Source of the DNA: Octopus bimaculoides
Lineage: Eukaryota
Direction: 5' to 3'
DNA: 64,000 nt
Assembly: GCF_001194135.2 (NCBI RefSeq)
Contig: NC_068982.1
Location: forward strand, 121,252,226-121,316,225
The notes under the pieces are model-generated. The model was not told the origin of the DNA and did no database searches. It was given only the letters and a program-made list of their open reading frames with translations. Position numbers and translations under genes: made by a program. Positions 37,098 to 49,295 of this stretch are shown here, in pieces (positions within the stretch are counted from its first letter, which is position 1; each line of letters begins with the position of its first letter).

Positions 37098-38109
37098 GTG
37101 AGAAAGAGGGCGTTAGATTTCACAAAGTAGGCTAGCCTGTTGAATGTAATAACTAAATGTATAATAAAATCCTTACCTAGTTTAAAATGGAAACGTTTAC
37201 AGTTCTAAAGCTTATAACATGTCCTATGTTGTATCAGATCACTTTGCTGACAAAATACTGAATTATGCTTTATCATCATCATCATCATCATCGTTTAACG
37301 TCCACTTTCCATGCTAGCATGGGTTGGACGATTTGACTGAGGACTGGTGCAACCGAATGGCTACACCAGGCTCCAATCTAATTTGGCAGAGTTTCTACAG
37401 CTGGATGCCTTTCCTAACGCCAACCACTCAGAGAGTGTATATAAATAGAAAATAATCACACCTATTGATATTGACTGAAGATGTATGTGTTAAGTGAACA
37501 TGAAGTTACTGCTAAATGTTTGATCAATTATCACTATACCTTAAGTTTATGTAAGCAGAACTGATGGGAGATATCCAATGATAGCAACAGTACCACCACA
37601 ATTGGTATAGCAGTGTTTGAGTTCATTATTTTGCAGTTCTATAGTCCAGTATATTAATCACATAGCCACTGTGCTTCATGTAAGTGGGTAGCTATTAATA
37701 ATATGACTTACTTAATAATAATATGCCTAAAGAAAACAACTCCTCCATCAACAGCTGTGAGATCTCACAAGCCAACTATTCACTGTCATTATCTCAAGTA
37801 ATTCTATTTAACTTGGCTTTCTGGCTCACCAAGGAGGTAGTCATGTGAGGCTGGACAGTACTCTCAGGTAGACAAATGAGGAGTTAAATGTATGCTTTTC
37901 ATGAGAGAAATTGACTGTCAATGTGAATAGCCAAAGATTGGAAATCATTGCGCTAATCTACTTTATAGCTCATGTATCAGGACACTGTGTGTGTGTGTGT
38001 AAATACCTGTCTTAACTAGAATTTTAAACTCATAGCTAAAGGTTTCATGGCAAGGCCTGCACAATATTTGAATGGATAAGATATTGGTTAAATGAGAAAG
38101 AGTTTCTGG

Positions 38110-39510
38110 TTTCTCCTCTTACTCCATACTCCTCCTTAAAATGATTACTTGCCATTACTTCTAACAATACCTATTCCTACGTAGGTGATACCAGGTTTCA
38201 TTCTTCTATAACTTTCCATACCCATGCATCATTTACACACAACCTAGATACTTTGCGCCAAATTGACCCAAACTCATGAACAGAAACCTTGAAAACAGCC
38301 TCCAGTAAAATCAAACCATTCTTGTCTCCTTAAACAGCAAAAATACAGAGTTATTGCACATATCAAGAAAATATGATTGCATTTCTCCCTTCTTAAACAT
38401 GAACAGCACACAACTAGAACCTTCAAAGACACTACTAATGCTAGGCCTCACCATTATTGAGGATTACATTGCAAAGTCTGTGTCATGACAACTAGTCCTC
38501 CTATTCAGAACCAGAAAATATTTTATCCTTCAACAAATATTGACTTTACACAAGGCTCAGATGAGACCCACAGTGGTGTTTTGCTCCTATATTTGAGATG
38601 GTGCAACCTAAAATCTTTGCATGAAATCTCTCTGAACTCATAACCAGAGATCTAGAAAACTTCCTCCTGTAGATTTATTCCTACTTTGTTTCCTTCAACT
38701 GCAGAAAGAATGTAATGATTTATAAGTAGTAAGTAAATGAGGGGAAGAGACATATTGTTTATTTGTTGAAATGGTCCTTTATTTTCATTGTTACAATGAA
38801 AGATACTTCAAGTTGTTATTATCCACACATTTGCCATTCTGTTACCAATTCTGTAGGTTGTCAAGTTCGTCTTTTGTTGACTGCTAGGAAAATGGATAGA
38901 AGATGGAGAGAGTAAGAGTAAAAGAATTTAGACAAATAGAGAGGGTGAAAGTTGTGTAGTGACATGAGGTGAGAAAGATATGGATGCACTCTTTTTGACC
39001 AGGGGCCAAGTGAAAGAGATAGGACCAGGTCCCCTATGTGTTTTTTCTAACTAAATTAGGCCAGGCTATACAAAAAATTTTCCATCTCATATCTACCATG
39101 ACCTAAGTTTTGCCTGAAACAGCCAGTTAAAGAATTATCTCAATGTGACAGTTGACTCTCATAAATTTCGTAGTGCCAATGTCGAGAACAATAGGAAGGA
39201 ACTTGTAGAAAAATCTAGGCTAGGTTTCAAATCTTGGTTAAGAATCTAGGAAGCTATTCATTATGATATAATCACTGCCCATGTCAAGAAAATATTATTG
39301 CAGTGTGTCTCTCCTTAGTATCAACACCACACAACTATAAACCTCAAGGTCATCACTATTGACACCCTAAACTGCTTCCAAAAAAGGGATACTCAATGTC
39401 ACTAGACAACACACTCCAACCTCTGGCTCACAGATATGTTGCCTCTTCATTTTGTTTTTTGTACAACATCTACAATGGCCTATGTGCTTCAGAGGACCTG
39501 TAGAAGCTGT
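38110..39510 (+). mobile_element. CR1/Jockey-type LINE RT C-terminal remnants (38110-38620 and 39340-39510)
   Basis: Degenerate translation ...NSKNTELLHIS...MLGLTI...QQILTL.KAQMRPTV and ...FQKR...NTLQPLAHR.VAS...YNGLC. Confidence 0.6.
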
Positions 39511-40134
39511 GGATACAATAACTCCTTTCTCAGTATCAAACAGATAAAATGTAAATGAATTGGTCTATCAGACTTTCAACTTATAATGTATAGGTTCAAA
39601 TTTACTGTATGTGTTTCATTATGTCTGTGGATAGAACACTTTGTACTGCATACCTCAGTCTATTTAGCTGGCGGATATGTACTATATCCTTAGAGAAATA
39701 TTAACTGTGATAGACTATTATTGTGTCCAGGGAAAAATTTACCTCTCATTAATTACCATTATAGAAAGTAGAGTTATGAGTAAGTACAAAGCCTGAGGCT
39801 TGTGGAAATATTGGCTGAATATATTAAAGGTTTCAAACAGCCATCATGAGATGATAGCACTCATTAATATCAACAGATTAATTCAGTTATTACAGTATGA
39901 TATTGACTGTAATATGGTCAAAGGATAAGGAAGATGACCTACCATGTGTGATGGAGGTAGATGACACTGTTTAATGTGGCTAATATTATGATTAACTGTG
40001 CCAGTGTAGACAGTGCATGGTTTTTGTTCAAGAAAAAAGATTAACATGGAATCTAGGGAGTGAAGATCAGTTAGCTTACAGAAAAGGGCCAGCACAAGAA
40101 TATAGTGTTATGAAATTGAGAGAAGACTTTCGTA

Positions 40135-40174
<40 letters not shown>

Positions 40175-40810
40175 ATATTGAATGAGTGGTTGGAAATTAT
40201 TGGTGAATGAAGATTTACTAATCCAGCTGACAGTCATTTTCTGGATGTTTATACATATATATATAATGAGGTATAAAGGCTTCTCTGACGTGTGAGCATT
40301 ACCTGATGTAGAGGATACATATGTTTAGTATAGTGGACATCAATTTCCTATGCTGCAGTTTTGGCTTTGTAGTATATGAATAATAATCAGAAATAGCAAA
40401 GTTCATTGTTGAAAAGAAGTGTTATAGTCCTAGCTGTCTTCTCCATGGATAGTGAAGATGTAATATTTGGGGCTGTGTTTCTCCCTGAGGTTTACTTTAT
40501 CTGTGTTTTGAAGGTGTTGCGAAATACAGAATAGGCTAGTACTTCTTGTTGTGCTTGGCAAGAAGGTGTGTATATGTAATGAATATGTTTCTGTAGCCAC
40601 CGCCTGACATAAGAACGTGACTATATGTGAAGTGGATTGATACAATGTAAACTAGCATTCTGTGCCACAGCTGGTTAATGTTGACCTGTTGTTGCTAACA
40701 TAGATCCATCTATCATACTACCTTTCATAACATAGATACTTGGTATCTCACAATATCACACACACACACACACACGCACGCATGCACGCACGCACGCACG
40801 CACGCATGCA

Positions 40811-40866
<56 letters not shown>

Positions 40867-40867
<1 letters not shown>

Positions 40868-42121
40868 TGGGTCATCCCATAAATCATGTGGTTTTTATAC
40901 TTCTTTTATTTTTCAAAATTAAGATTAAGTTCTTTTTTAATCTAAAATATGCTCCCCTTCATTTTCTACATTGCTCTTCCATCTATCTGGTTGACTTGCA
41001 AGGCTCCCGCTTCCAAAATTCACTTGTCCATAATGAAAAATACTCCTCCAGTACTGTTCTGGCCTCATCTACAGAATTCATATTTTTTCCATCCAAATGA
41101 TTTTGAAAACTGTGGAATTAATGATAATCAGATGGGGTAATGTCCGGCAAATATGGTGGGTGGGGCATTGTTTCCCATCCAAACCACTCCAGCCTTTGGA
41201 ATGTCATCCTGGCTGTATGTAGCCAAGTATTATTCTCATGGAAGAACATCTTTTGTCATGAAACCAAAGATGGTTGTTTTTCTTCTGGCGCTGACTTAAG
41301 CCGCTCAAGCTTCTTGCAGTAGATCTTCTTTGTTTTCATTTGGTTTGGGTTTAAAAGGTCAAAGTGGACTAAACCTTTCATATCCCACCAAGACCTTCTT
41401 TAGACTGGGGTGCCAGTATTTCTACTTTCCCTACCCACTGTCTTCAGTGCTTGACAATTTTATGGAGAACCCATTTCTTGTCATCAGTCACTATTCTGTC
41501 CAAAAAGGTTTATTTGTGAGACGTGACAGCAAAGAAGAGCACACATTCACTCCCTGCATGTGATTAGACTCGGAATGTTTGTGAGGAACCCATTAACCCA
41601 ATTTGCTGATTTTTCTGATGGCACGCAGGTGTCGATGAATGGTTGAACGACCAAATCCAAGATTCTCTGCTAGTTCCTCAACAGTTACAATGGGATTTTG
41701 TTCCACCAGAGTTTGCAGGACATCCTCTTCAAGCTCTACAGATCTTTCAGGATGAGTCTCATCTTCTAGGCTGTAACTTAGAGCTCGGAATTTCTGGAAC
41801 CTTCGTTGACACTGGCTTATACTTATTGTCTGATCCCCATATGCTGCATTAATATTCCTCGCACTTTCCTTTGCATTGTTGCTTTTATTGAACTCATTAA
41901 TCAAAATATGCCAAATATGCTCCTTCGTCACTTCCATTATAGCTTTGAAAAAAATAACTGTTAAAAATCGAACTGCACTCTTCAAAATTTGCACTAAGAG
42001 TAGGTACAAAGTAAAATACTACCTGTTTTTATTGCAAGTTGATGCAGGTAGTTTATCCTGTTCCCCTCTGACTTTTAGTTCATGCAATTGAAAAAACTGC
42101 ATTGTTTATTGGATGACTCAA
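40867..42121 (-). mobile_element. Full-length inactive mariner element (1255 bp)
   Basis: ~30-bp imperfect TIRs (TTGGGTCATCCCATAAATCATGTGGTTTTT versus TTGAGTCATCCAATAAACAATGCAGTTTTT), TA at the right end. The transposase has the HTH region, WVPH, IVTDDKKW and HPPYLPDITPSDYH motifs, plus stops and frameshifts. Confidence 0.93.
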
Positions 42122-42224
42122 TATACATACATACATNNNNNNNNNNNNNNNNNNNNNNNNNNNNNNNNNNNNNNNNNNNNNNNNNNNNNNNNNNNNNNNN
42201 NNNNNNNNNNNNNNNNNNNNNNNN

Positions 42225-42262
<38 letters not shown>

Positions 42263-42929
42263 CACAAAACTTTTCATTAATGACTTCACAAATAATTGCA
42301 TTCAGCACTTCAGTTAAGAAATTATGATATTCTGGTTGCTGCATGTCATTGTAGTTCCTATGGGAACTGTGACACTGAAATGAGTGTAAATATAATGAAA
42401 TGACTGCAAATCTATAATTGGTGTTGTGTTAAGAAAACAGACTCAGAACAACAATTTAATTTCGAGATTTCAGTTTTGTGTCTTCTTTCTTTCTTCTTTT
42501 CCCCCTCTTCATCTTACTCATCCTTCTACTCCCTCTTCTTCATAGCATTTTAGTTTTATTTCCTCAATCCTCCATGACAAGATTGTCAGCTGATCCATTA
42601 CATTTCAGTCTAGCTTCATAATACATAAATATGCTTATTCACCCTTTAGTCTCCCTTTCTTTCTACTACCACTATGTCCACTTCCCAAGTACTCATAATT
42701 TCAGTTTGGGTCTTCAGCATTCACCATCCATGTATTATGTTTGATTTCCATACTGGCAGGTGTTAGAGGTAGTGCTTTTATGGCCAGATACCCTTCTTGT
42801 TGCCAACCCTTTTAGATGCCTCTTATGATTGACAAGGATATGGTGTACTTACTTTTCATAAAACTCAGATAGACAGACATAGGTCATATTGATTATTTTA
42901 ATTTGCCATACTTGAGAAGAGTTGTCAAG

Positions 42930-43160
42930 CCAAATAGAAATGTAGTTGTAGCCGATGCCAGTGTCATGTAACTGGCATCTGTGTCAGTGGCACATACAAA
43001 GCACGCATTACACTCTTCGAGTGGTTGGCGTTAGGAAGGGCATCCAGCTGTAGAAACCATGCCAAATCAGATTGGAACCTGGTGCAGCTCTCTAGCTTAC
43101 CAGTTTCAGTCACACTGTCTAACCCATGCCAACATGGAAAGCAGATGCTAAATGATGATG
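42930..43160 (+). mobile_element. SINE family B copy
   Basis: GTGGTTGGCGTTAGGAAGGGCATCCAGCTGTAGAAACC...GGAAAGCAGATGCTAAATGATGATG. Confidence 0.85.
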
Positions 43161-44542
43161 TTCTCAGTATGACTTCTCAAAGTTATAAGTTTTCTATTTT
43201 TTTTCTGTAATATTTCTCTGAGTTTGAACTCTTCAAATTTGCTCCATCTTTCCACCACATTGCTGTGAAATAGGAATGGGAGGACAATGATAGAAATGTT
43301 ATGTAGAAAAGATTCAAATGTAATTAGTTTTACTTGTATGTTTTTACACAGTCTATTATAGAAAATATAAAGAAATCTTTTTAAGTGATTTAAACATTGA
43401 TTTAATACTTTCCTCTCATTACTGCACTGATCTGATTAATTAAATTATTTCTATAATGTTCATTAAATATGTTAGCTTTGATTTAAAACTAAGAGACATA
43501 ATACCTGTGAGGTTAAGGTGTTGGGTTACTGACCACAAAGTCATAAGTTCAGATTTCAGTACTGTCATTACACTGTGTCTCTGAACAACAAATGTAACTT
43601 GGTTTGACTCTCACTCTCATTTACAAAAATAAAAATAAAAAGTGGCTCTACAACTTTTACATCACAGTTGAGTGGTTAGTTGCTTAGTGAGATGAAGAAA
43701 AACCATCCAGCTGTAAAAACATTTGTCAGAGAAGTAAAAATTCTCTCACACATGATTTCAAAAACGGTTTATATTAGGTAGCAATCTCAGATAAGGTAAT
43801 CTATTCCTGATATTTCTAGCAACTAAGAGAACTGAAGTATCCACATATAATATTGACAATGTGTTTTATTCAGTCTTGCTAACATGTTAGTGGAGAAGTA
43901 GGAAGCTGTCAGATAACAAATACATGAGCGACAGTAGAGAAATAAAATGAAAGGGAACAAAAGGATGTGGTGTTTTTGCAATGCACAGAATAGCAAACAG
44001 AAAGAGTGAGTGAAAGAATTAAAATGTGAATGGGGTAGAGTAAAATGTGTTACAAAACTTGGAGTGGCAGGTATCATTTGGAAAGAGCTAACAATGGGAA
44101 CAAACTCAATTTGCCGATCAATAGCAATGGGAAAAAAAGAAGTCTTTGTAGAACTCACTTTTGTACTCTGCATGTTGTGATAAAAAAACTTCTGGAATAA
44201 TAATAATTATGTATAAATTTTTCAATGTTTTAAAACTACTAATTTCTAATTTAAGGCATAAAGCCAACAGGTTTTGAGTGGAGAAGTTGGTTGATTAATT
44301 TGACCTCCCCACTCCTCCTTGGGATGACAGGCAAAGTTGACTTCAGTGGGTTTTAAACTCAGAATGTAATGATCCTAAACAAATACTGCAAGGTATCATA
44401 TCAGATGCTCTGCCAATTCTGCCAGTCCACTACCCTGTTTTCCAAATAATATGATGATAATTTTGGCTGTGTGCCCAAGAAACTCGCTTTGGAACTACAT
44501 GGTTTTGGGTTCAGTCCTACTGCATGGCACCTNNNNNNNNNN

Positions 44543-44590
<48 letters not shown>

Positions 44591-44737
44591 AGCTACATGG
44601 CTACAGTCCAAGTAAAAGAAATAGTCTCATCATTTTTAATAAAATTTTCATAATGTTTTAAACTATTTGATTAAATAAATGGTGCCTTTTTAAGGGAAAG
44701 TGTTAAGGTGACCCATCATTTTGATAGGTAGTATATC

Positions 44738-45350
44738 TAAGTCTTAGGTCCTTCTATTCCATGTGACACATTGGGTGGTAAGGCTTCTCCAATGTTGTTG
44801 GTTGGCTACGGTGATTTCAGCTTCATCCAAAGAAATGTCAATGGCTTTGAGGTCATTGATGAAGGTGTAGCGCCACGTCGCTTTTGGTTGCCCTTGTTTT
44901 TTCTTGTTGTGTGGTGGCTTCTACAGAATGGTGGTTTTCGCATGCCACAACGATGGTAATTGGGGGATATGGCCTGCGAATCCCAAGCGGCACTCAGTGA
45001 CAACATCATGGAGTGGATGGGTATCGGTTTGGCGATATATCTCATCGTTGGTGATGTGATCCTGGTATAATAGTCACAGTATCCACTGGAGGCATTGTAG
45101 CTGAAATACACTGAGCCTTTGCACAATCTTTGCCAATGTCTTCCACGTTTCCGCAGCATATATTGCTGATGGTATGACAATGCTGTTGAAGAAGTGCACT
45201 TTGGTCTTGGTGGAGATCTCTCTACCTGCCCGATGGGTTTGAGTTCTTGAAAGACAGGTAAGGCCTTTCCAATCTGGCATGCAACGTCGCGTTTGGCATC
45301 TCCATTGCTGGCCACAATGCTGCCCAAATGGGTAGTATGTACCACCTCAT
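44738..45350 (-). mobile_element. RTE-clade LINE 3' end, 5'-truncated
   Basis: HLGSIVASNGDAKRDV..IGKA...TKTKVHFFNSIVIPSAIYAAETW...LSVFQLQCL is the typical post-RT RTE region; ends in a short TAAG(A)-type tail. Confidence 0.85.
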
Positions 45351-46396
45351 AAACAAATTATTAGTAATATTTTAGTATTAAAACAAAAAGTGTGAGGTCT
45401 TTAGATAAGAGATTAAATAATGGGTTCACTACCATTTTGAATAGATATGCCAGAATGCTCCTCCAAAAAATACAACAGAACACCTTTAGTAAATTTGAAC
45501 CCTAGACCTGTGAGTTGGTAGTTTAATATATTATCAATTTGACTATTTTGCTTTACTTTGTGAATTCTCCATCTTCAAAAGATATAACATATAGAATGAG
45601 TCAACAAGGGGTATATATGTAGGTGTCGAATGTGCTTTAAGTAACAGCCAAATTTCCTTCAAAACAAACACACACACACATGCATTATTGTTTAAAATAT
45701 GATAATACATTGGACAATGTATCCCTTGATATACAAAATAATGGGATGATCATGGCTGGAAAGACTTTGAACATAGGTTTGATCCGTCAGTGCTGACCTA
45801 AGGGCTAGACAACACAGCAAGCAGAATATTATGTTATTTTATTTTATTTTATTTTTTTTTTTTTTTCCCCTTAGAGGATGGGCAGCATACATGACTATTT
45901 TTTGGGGGTTTCTGAGACTGGTGAAAGGAAAGAAGTCCCCTTGTTATCTTCAGATCAGAGTCCTGTCCCAAATGCTTACAACATTGTGAACTTTAGCTAA
46001 AGGCACCCAAGACCAGATGGTAGCATTAAACAGAATGACAATATATAAACAAATACAAGATCACAGCTGAAACAACCTTAGTCTCAGGTTTGCTTGATCA
46101 GATCTAACTTAGGGTTAAACAACACCATTAGTCATTTCACTTAACTCTGGTAATCCCCTATAAAACAAAGTTAATCATGTTAAGTCAGTAAGCATAGTCA
46201 TTCATAACTATTTCAGGCTAAAACAGACTTTCATTAGAAAAAAAAAATAAGTTAGTTCATATGTACTGGTGATGATTCTTACCTCATTTTATCAATACTC
46301 TGGTTTGTATGGAGGNNNNNNNNNNNNNNNNNNNNNNNNNNNNNNNNNNNNNNNNNNNNNNNNNNNNNNNNNNNNNNNNNNNNNNNNNNNNNNNNN

Positions 46397-46451
<55 letters not shown>

Positions 46452-47009
46452 CATACACATGCACACATACATATAAGTTTATGTATATTTACATACACAC
46501 GCACACACATATGCATATTTATGCATACATAACATGGATATAAATGCTTTATATACATATAAATATACCATATATATATATATATAACAATTAGAAAATG
46601 GAGGATAATATGCTGAACCCAACTACTTGCAGACGGTGTATCCCACTATCCCTTAGTGGGTTGAACCCCCAACCCCTAACTCTCTCACGTTATATATATA
46701 TATATATATTGTGATCATGTCTGTTTTTTCTGTACTAAAATGAGTTGAACAAAACTGCTTGAGACAATGCTTTTGGGTTGGATGTCCTTCTTGATGTCAA
46801 CCTTTACTTGTTTTCAAGTAAGGTACTTTATTCAAACACTCTTCTCAGGTAAACACACATGTAAGTTAATGCTGAAATAAAACTTCTTAGGACAACAACA
46901 AATATTTGATGTGTTTAGGGTTTTAAACACTCGATGAAAAAGACAAAAAAAATTTTATCTTGACCAGAGTATTGATAATTTAAATGCCTAGTGTGTAAAT
47001 CAATTTCAT

Positions 47010-47150
47010 CATCATCATCGTTTAACATTCGCTTTCCATGCTGGCATGGGTTGGACAGTTTGACAGAGGACTGGCTAACTAGGAGGCTGCACCAGGCTCC
47101 AATCTGTTCTGGCAAGGTTTCGACAGCTGGATGTCCTTCCTAACGCCCTG
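47010..47150 (-). mobile_element. SINE family B 3' fragment
   Basis: CATCATCGTTTAACATTCGCTTTCCATGCTGGCATGGGTTGG. Confidence 0.85.
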
Positions 47151-47784
47151 AAATAGGAACTTAGTTATGCAAATATCTATTTAGTTTTCTAAGAGGGCCT
47201 TAGTTATGCTAATCAATTTGTCAGGCATTAAATTCTTGAGGCCCATAACATGTATATAAGAAAAAAAAAACTTCAATCACAAGTAATTTGTGTAGCAAAT
47301 ATTTTGCAGATATCCTTAAATAAACTGAAATCATTAATGACTACAATAAAACAACTTAAAATTAACTCAGTTGAGGACTGTGATAGAATTAATGCTGATA
47401 TATAACTATCTGGGGGATAATAATAAGTATTTTATGTGTTAGTGCCTTTATGTATGTACAACTGTTCAATGCTATCCTTGCCATTTTGTGTCGGGTCAAC
47501 CTTAACCAAGTGACACATTACTAAAGGCATTCATGAATATCTTCATCTAATAAGTCCTATTTTTTTAAAAGACATTACAGTGTAATGTGAAGGAAATTTG
47601 GCTGCTATTTCTTGCAGATTAAGCTTCTGCATGGAGGCTCCTTCATTGGTTTCCCATTCATCATATTTTTATAGCTGTAGTTTTGATTTTATAGGTGTAG
47701 TTTATTTAAATGGTATTTGAATAGGCACACATGTATTTGTGTTGTCCAAATACCATTTAATGTGTGTGTATATGTATGTATGTA

Positions 47785-47837
<53 letters not shown>

Positions 47838-48544
47838 TAGAGGGTTGTTTGTCATGGCTGGTCAGAAGGCTACCATTAGTTTCCCAGCTATGACGTGCTT
47901 AGCTGTATAGGTGATCCATCAGACTCAGATGGCCAGAGGCACATAACCTCTCTACAACTGGAGGGAAGAAAACATCATGCTCAGTTAATTTTGTAAATGG
48001 AAATATTCTGGAAGGAAAATCTACTCGCAAAACTTGGGCAAGGCAGAATTGTCTCCGTTACACCAGTTCCAGTTATGTCTATGACAGGCCTGCCAAAGAT
48101 GTGTAAAGATAGCAGCATTTACCTAGTCAAGAAATGGGGAATTCCATGTTTTTCCAACACAAATTTCCTCTGATGTGGGCACTAACTAAACATTTCTTTT
48201 TTGAAGTTTAAAATGTTCCCCAGGTCAAATGAGTTTTTCAGGATTCTTGATATGCAGCTGGCCAGGGGCATGATGTTGCACCTTCTGGTATTCTAAAGGA
48301 GTACCTGTGATTGTTAAAACACAATGCTTGAATGGGCCACTTGTAGATCTGACTTATTTCCGTGTCTGTGCTGGTGGTGTTACAGCTGTTGTTGTCGCTG
48401 TCATTATTGCTGATGCTGTTGTTGCTCTTATTGCTAGATGTGATGCTGGTGTCATAGTTACCACTAATAAGGCTTCTATTGCTGCTGGATGCATTGCTGG
48501 TGCTGTTGTAATCGTTCTTATTGCTGCCATAGCAATATCATCAT

Positions 48545-48840
48545 CATCATCATCATCTAAAGTCTTTTGTCCATGCTGGCATGGGTTAGACGGTTTGACC
48601 AAAGCTGGGGAGCTGCGTCAGACTCCAGTCTGATTTGGCATGGCTGCTATGGCTGGATGCCCTTCCAAATGCCCTTCCACTTTACAGAGTTAGCTGGGTG
48701 CTTTTACATGGACCTGTACGGGTGCATTTATGTGGTGTCACATGAGCACTTTTCCATGGCCCTGCATGGGTGCATTTACATGGTGCTGCACAGGCACATT
48801 TATGTGGTACCACTTGATGCTTGTATGTGGCACCACATGG
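48545..48840 (-). mobile_element. SINE family B copy with degenerate internal minisatellite
   Basis: Family tail plus repeated GGGTGCATTTACATGG-like units. Confidence 0.75.
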
Positions 48841-49073
48841 GTGTTAAACATATGCACTGTTGCATTAGTAGAATATAAAGAGGAAAATTTTCTCACATTT
48901 ATACATACAACTAAATCTATTAATATTTATACACATCTGTTAAAGTATATTTGTAAACACTTTCCTTTTCATAATCTTTGTGTGTGTTTTAGTATTATAT
49001 ATTTATATATATATATTATCAGTCCTCAGTCAAATCGTCCAACCCATGCTAGCATGGAAAGCGGACGTTAAAC

Positions 49074-49115
<42 letters not shown>

Positions 49116-49123
49116 AGCCTGAC

Positions 49124-49295
49124 CAGGATAAGCTACCCCTATTTTGCTGAAAAAAGTGTTGGCGGCCAGCTATGGTGAGGGCAGTTTAGCTTAATTGGTC
49201 TAAGAGCACCACGACACGTAATCACAGAGGTGTGAGTTCGTGTCTCATAACTGGCTGCCAACACTTTTTCTGCAAAATAGGGGTAGTTTATCCTG
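49124..49295. repeat. Fold-back element with ~45-bp arms enclosing a tRNA-like sequence
   Basis: CAGGATAAGCTACCCCTATTTTGCTGAAAAAAGTGTTGGCGGCCAG versus the reverse complement of 49251-49295: 3 mismatches and 1 indel. Confidence 0.9.
49180..49256 (+). pseudogene. tRNA-like sequence (possible Thr-CGT origin), probably a pseudogene or SINE head
   Basis: Acceptor GGCAGTT/AACTGGC (6 of 7 pairs), D-arm GCTT/GAGC, T-arm GTGAG-TTCGTGT-CTCAT, loop CA-CGT-AA. The anticodon stem is mostly unpaired. Confidence 0.55.

Noticed and set aside
48307-48633. Hydrophobic Val/Ala/Ile ORF resembling a membrane protein
   Set aside because: Degenerate (GCT/GTT)n low-complexity sequence that runs into a SINE tail.
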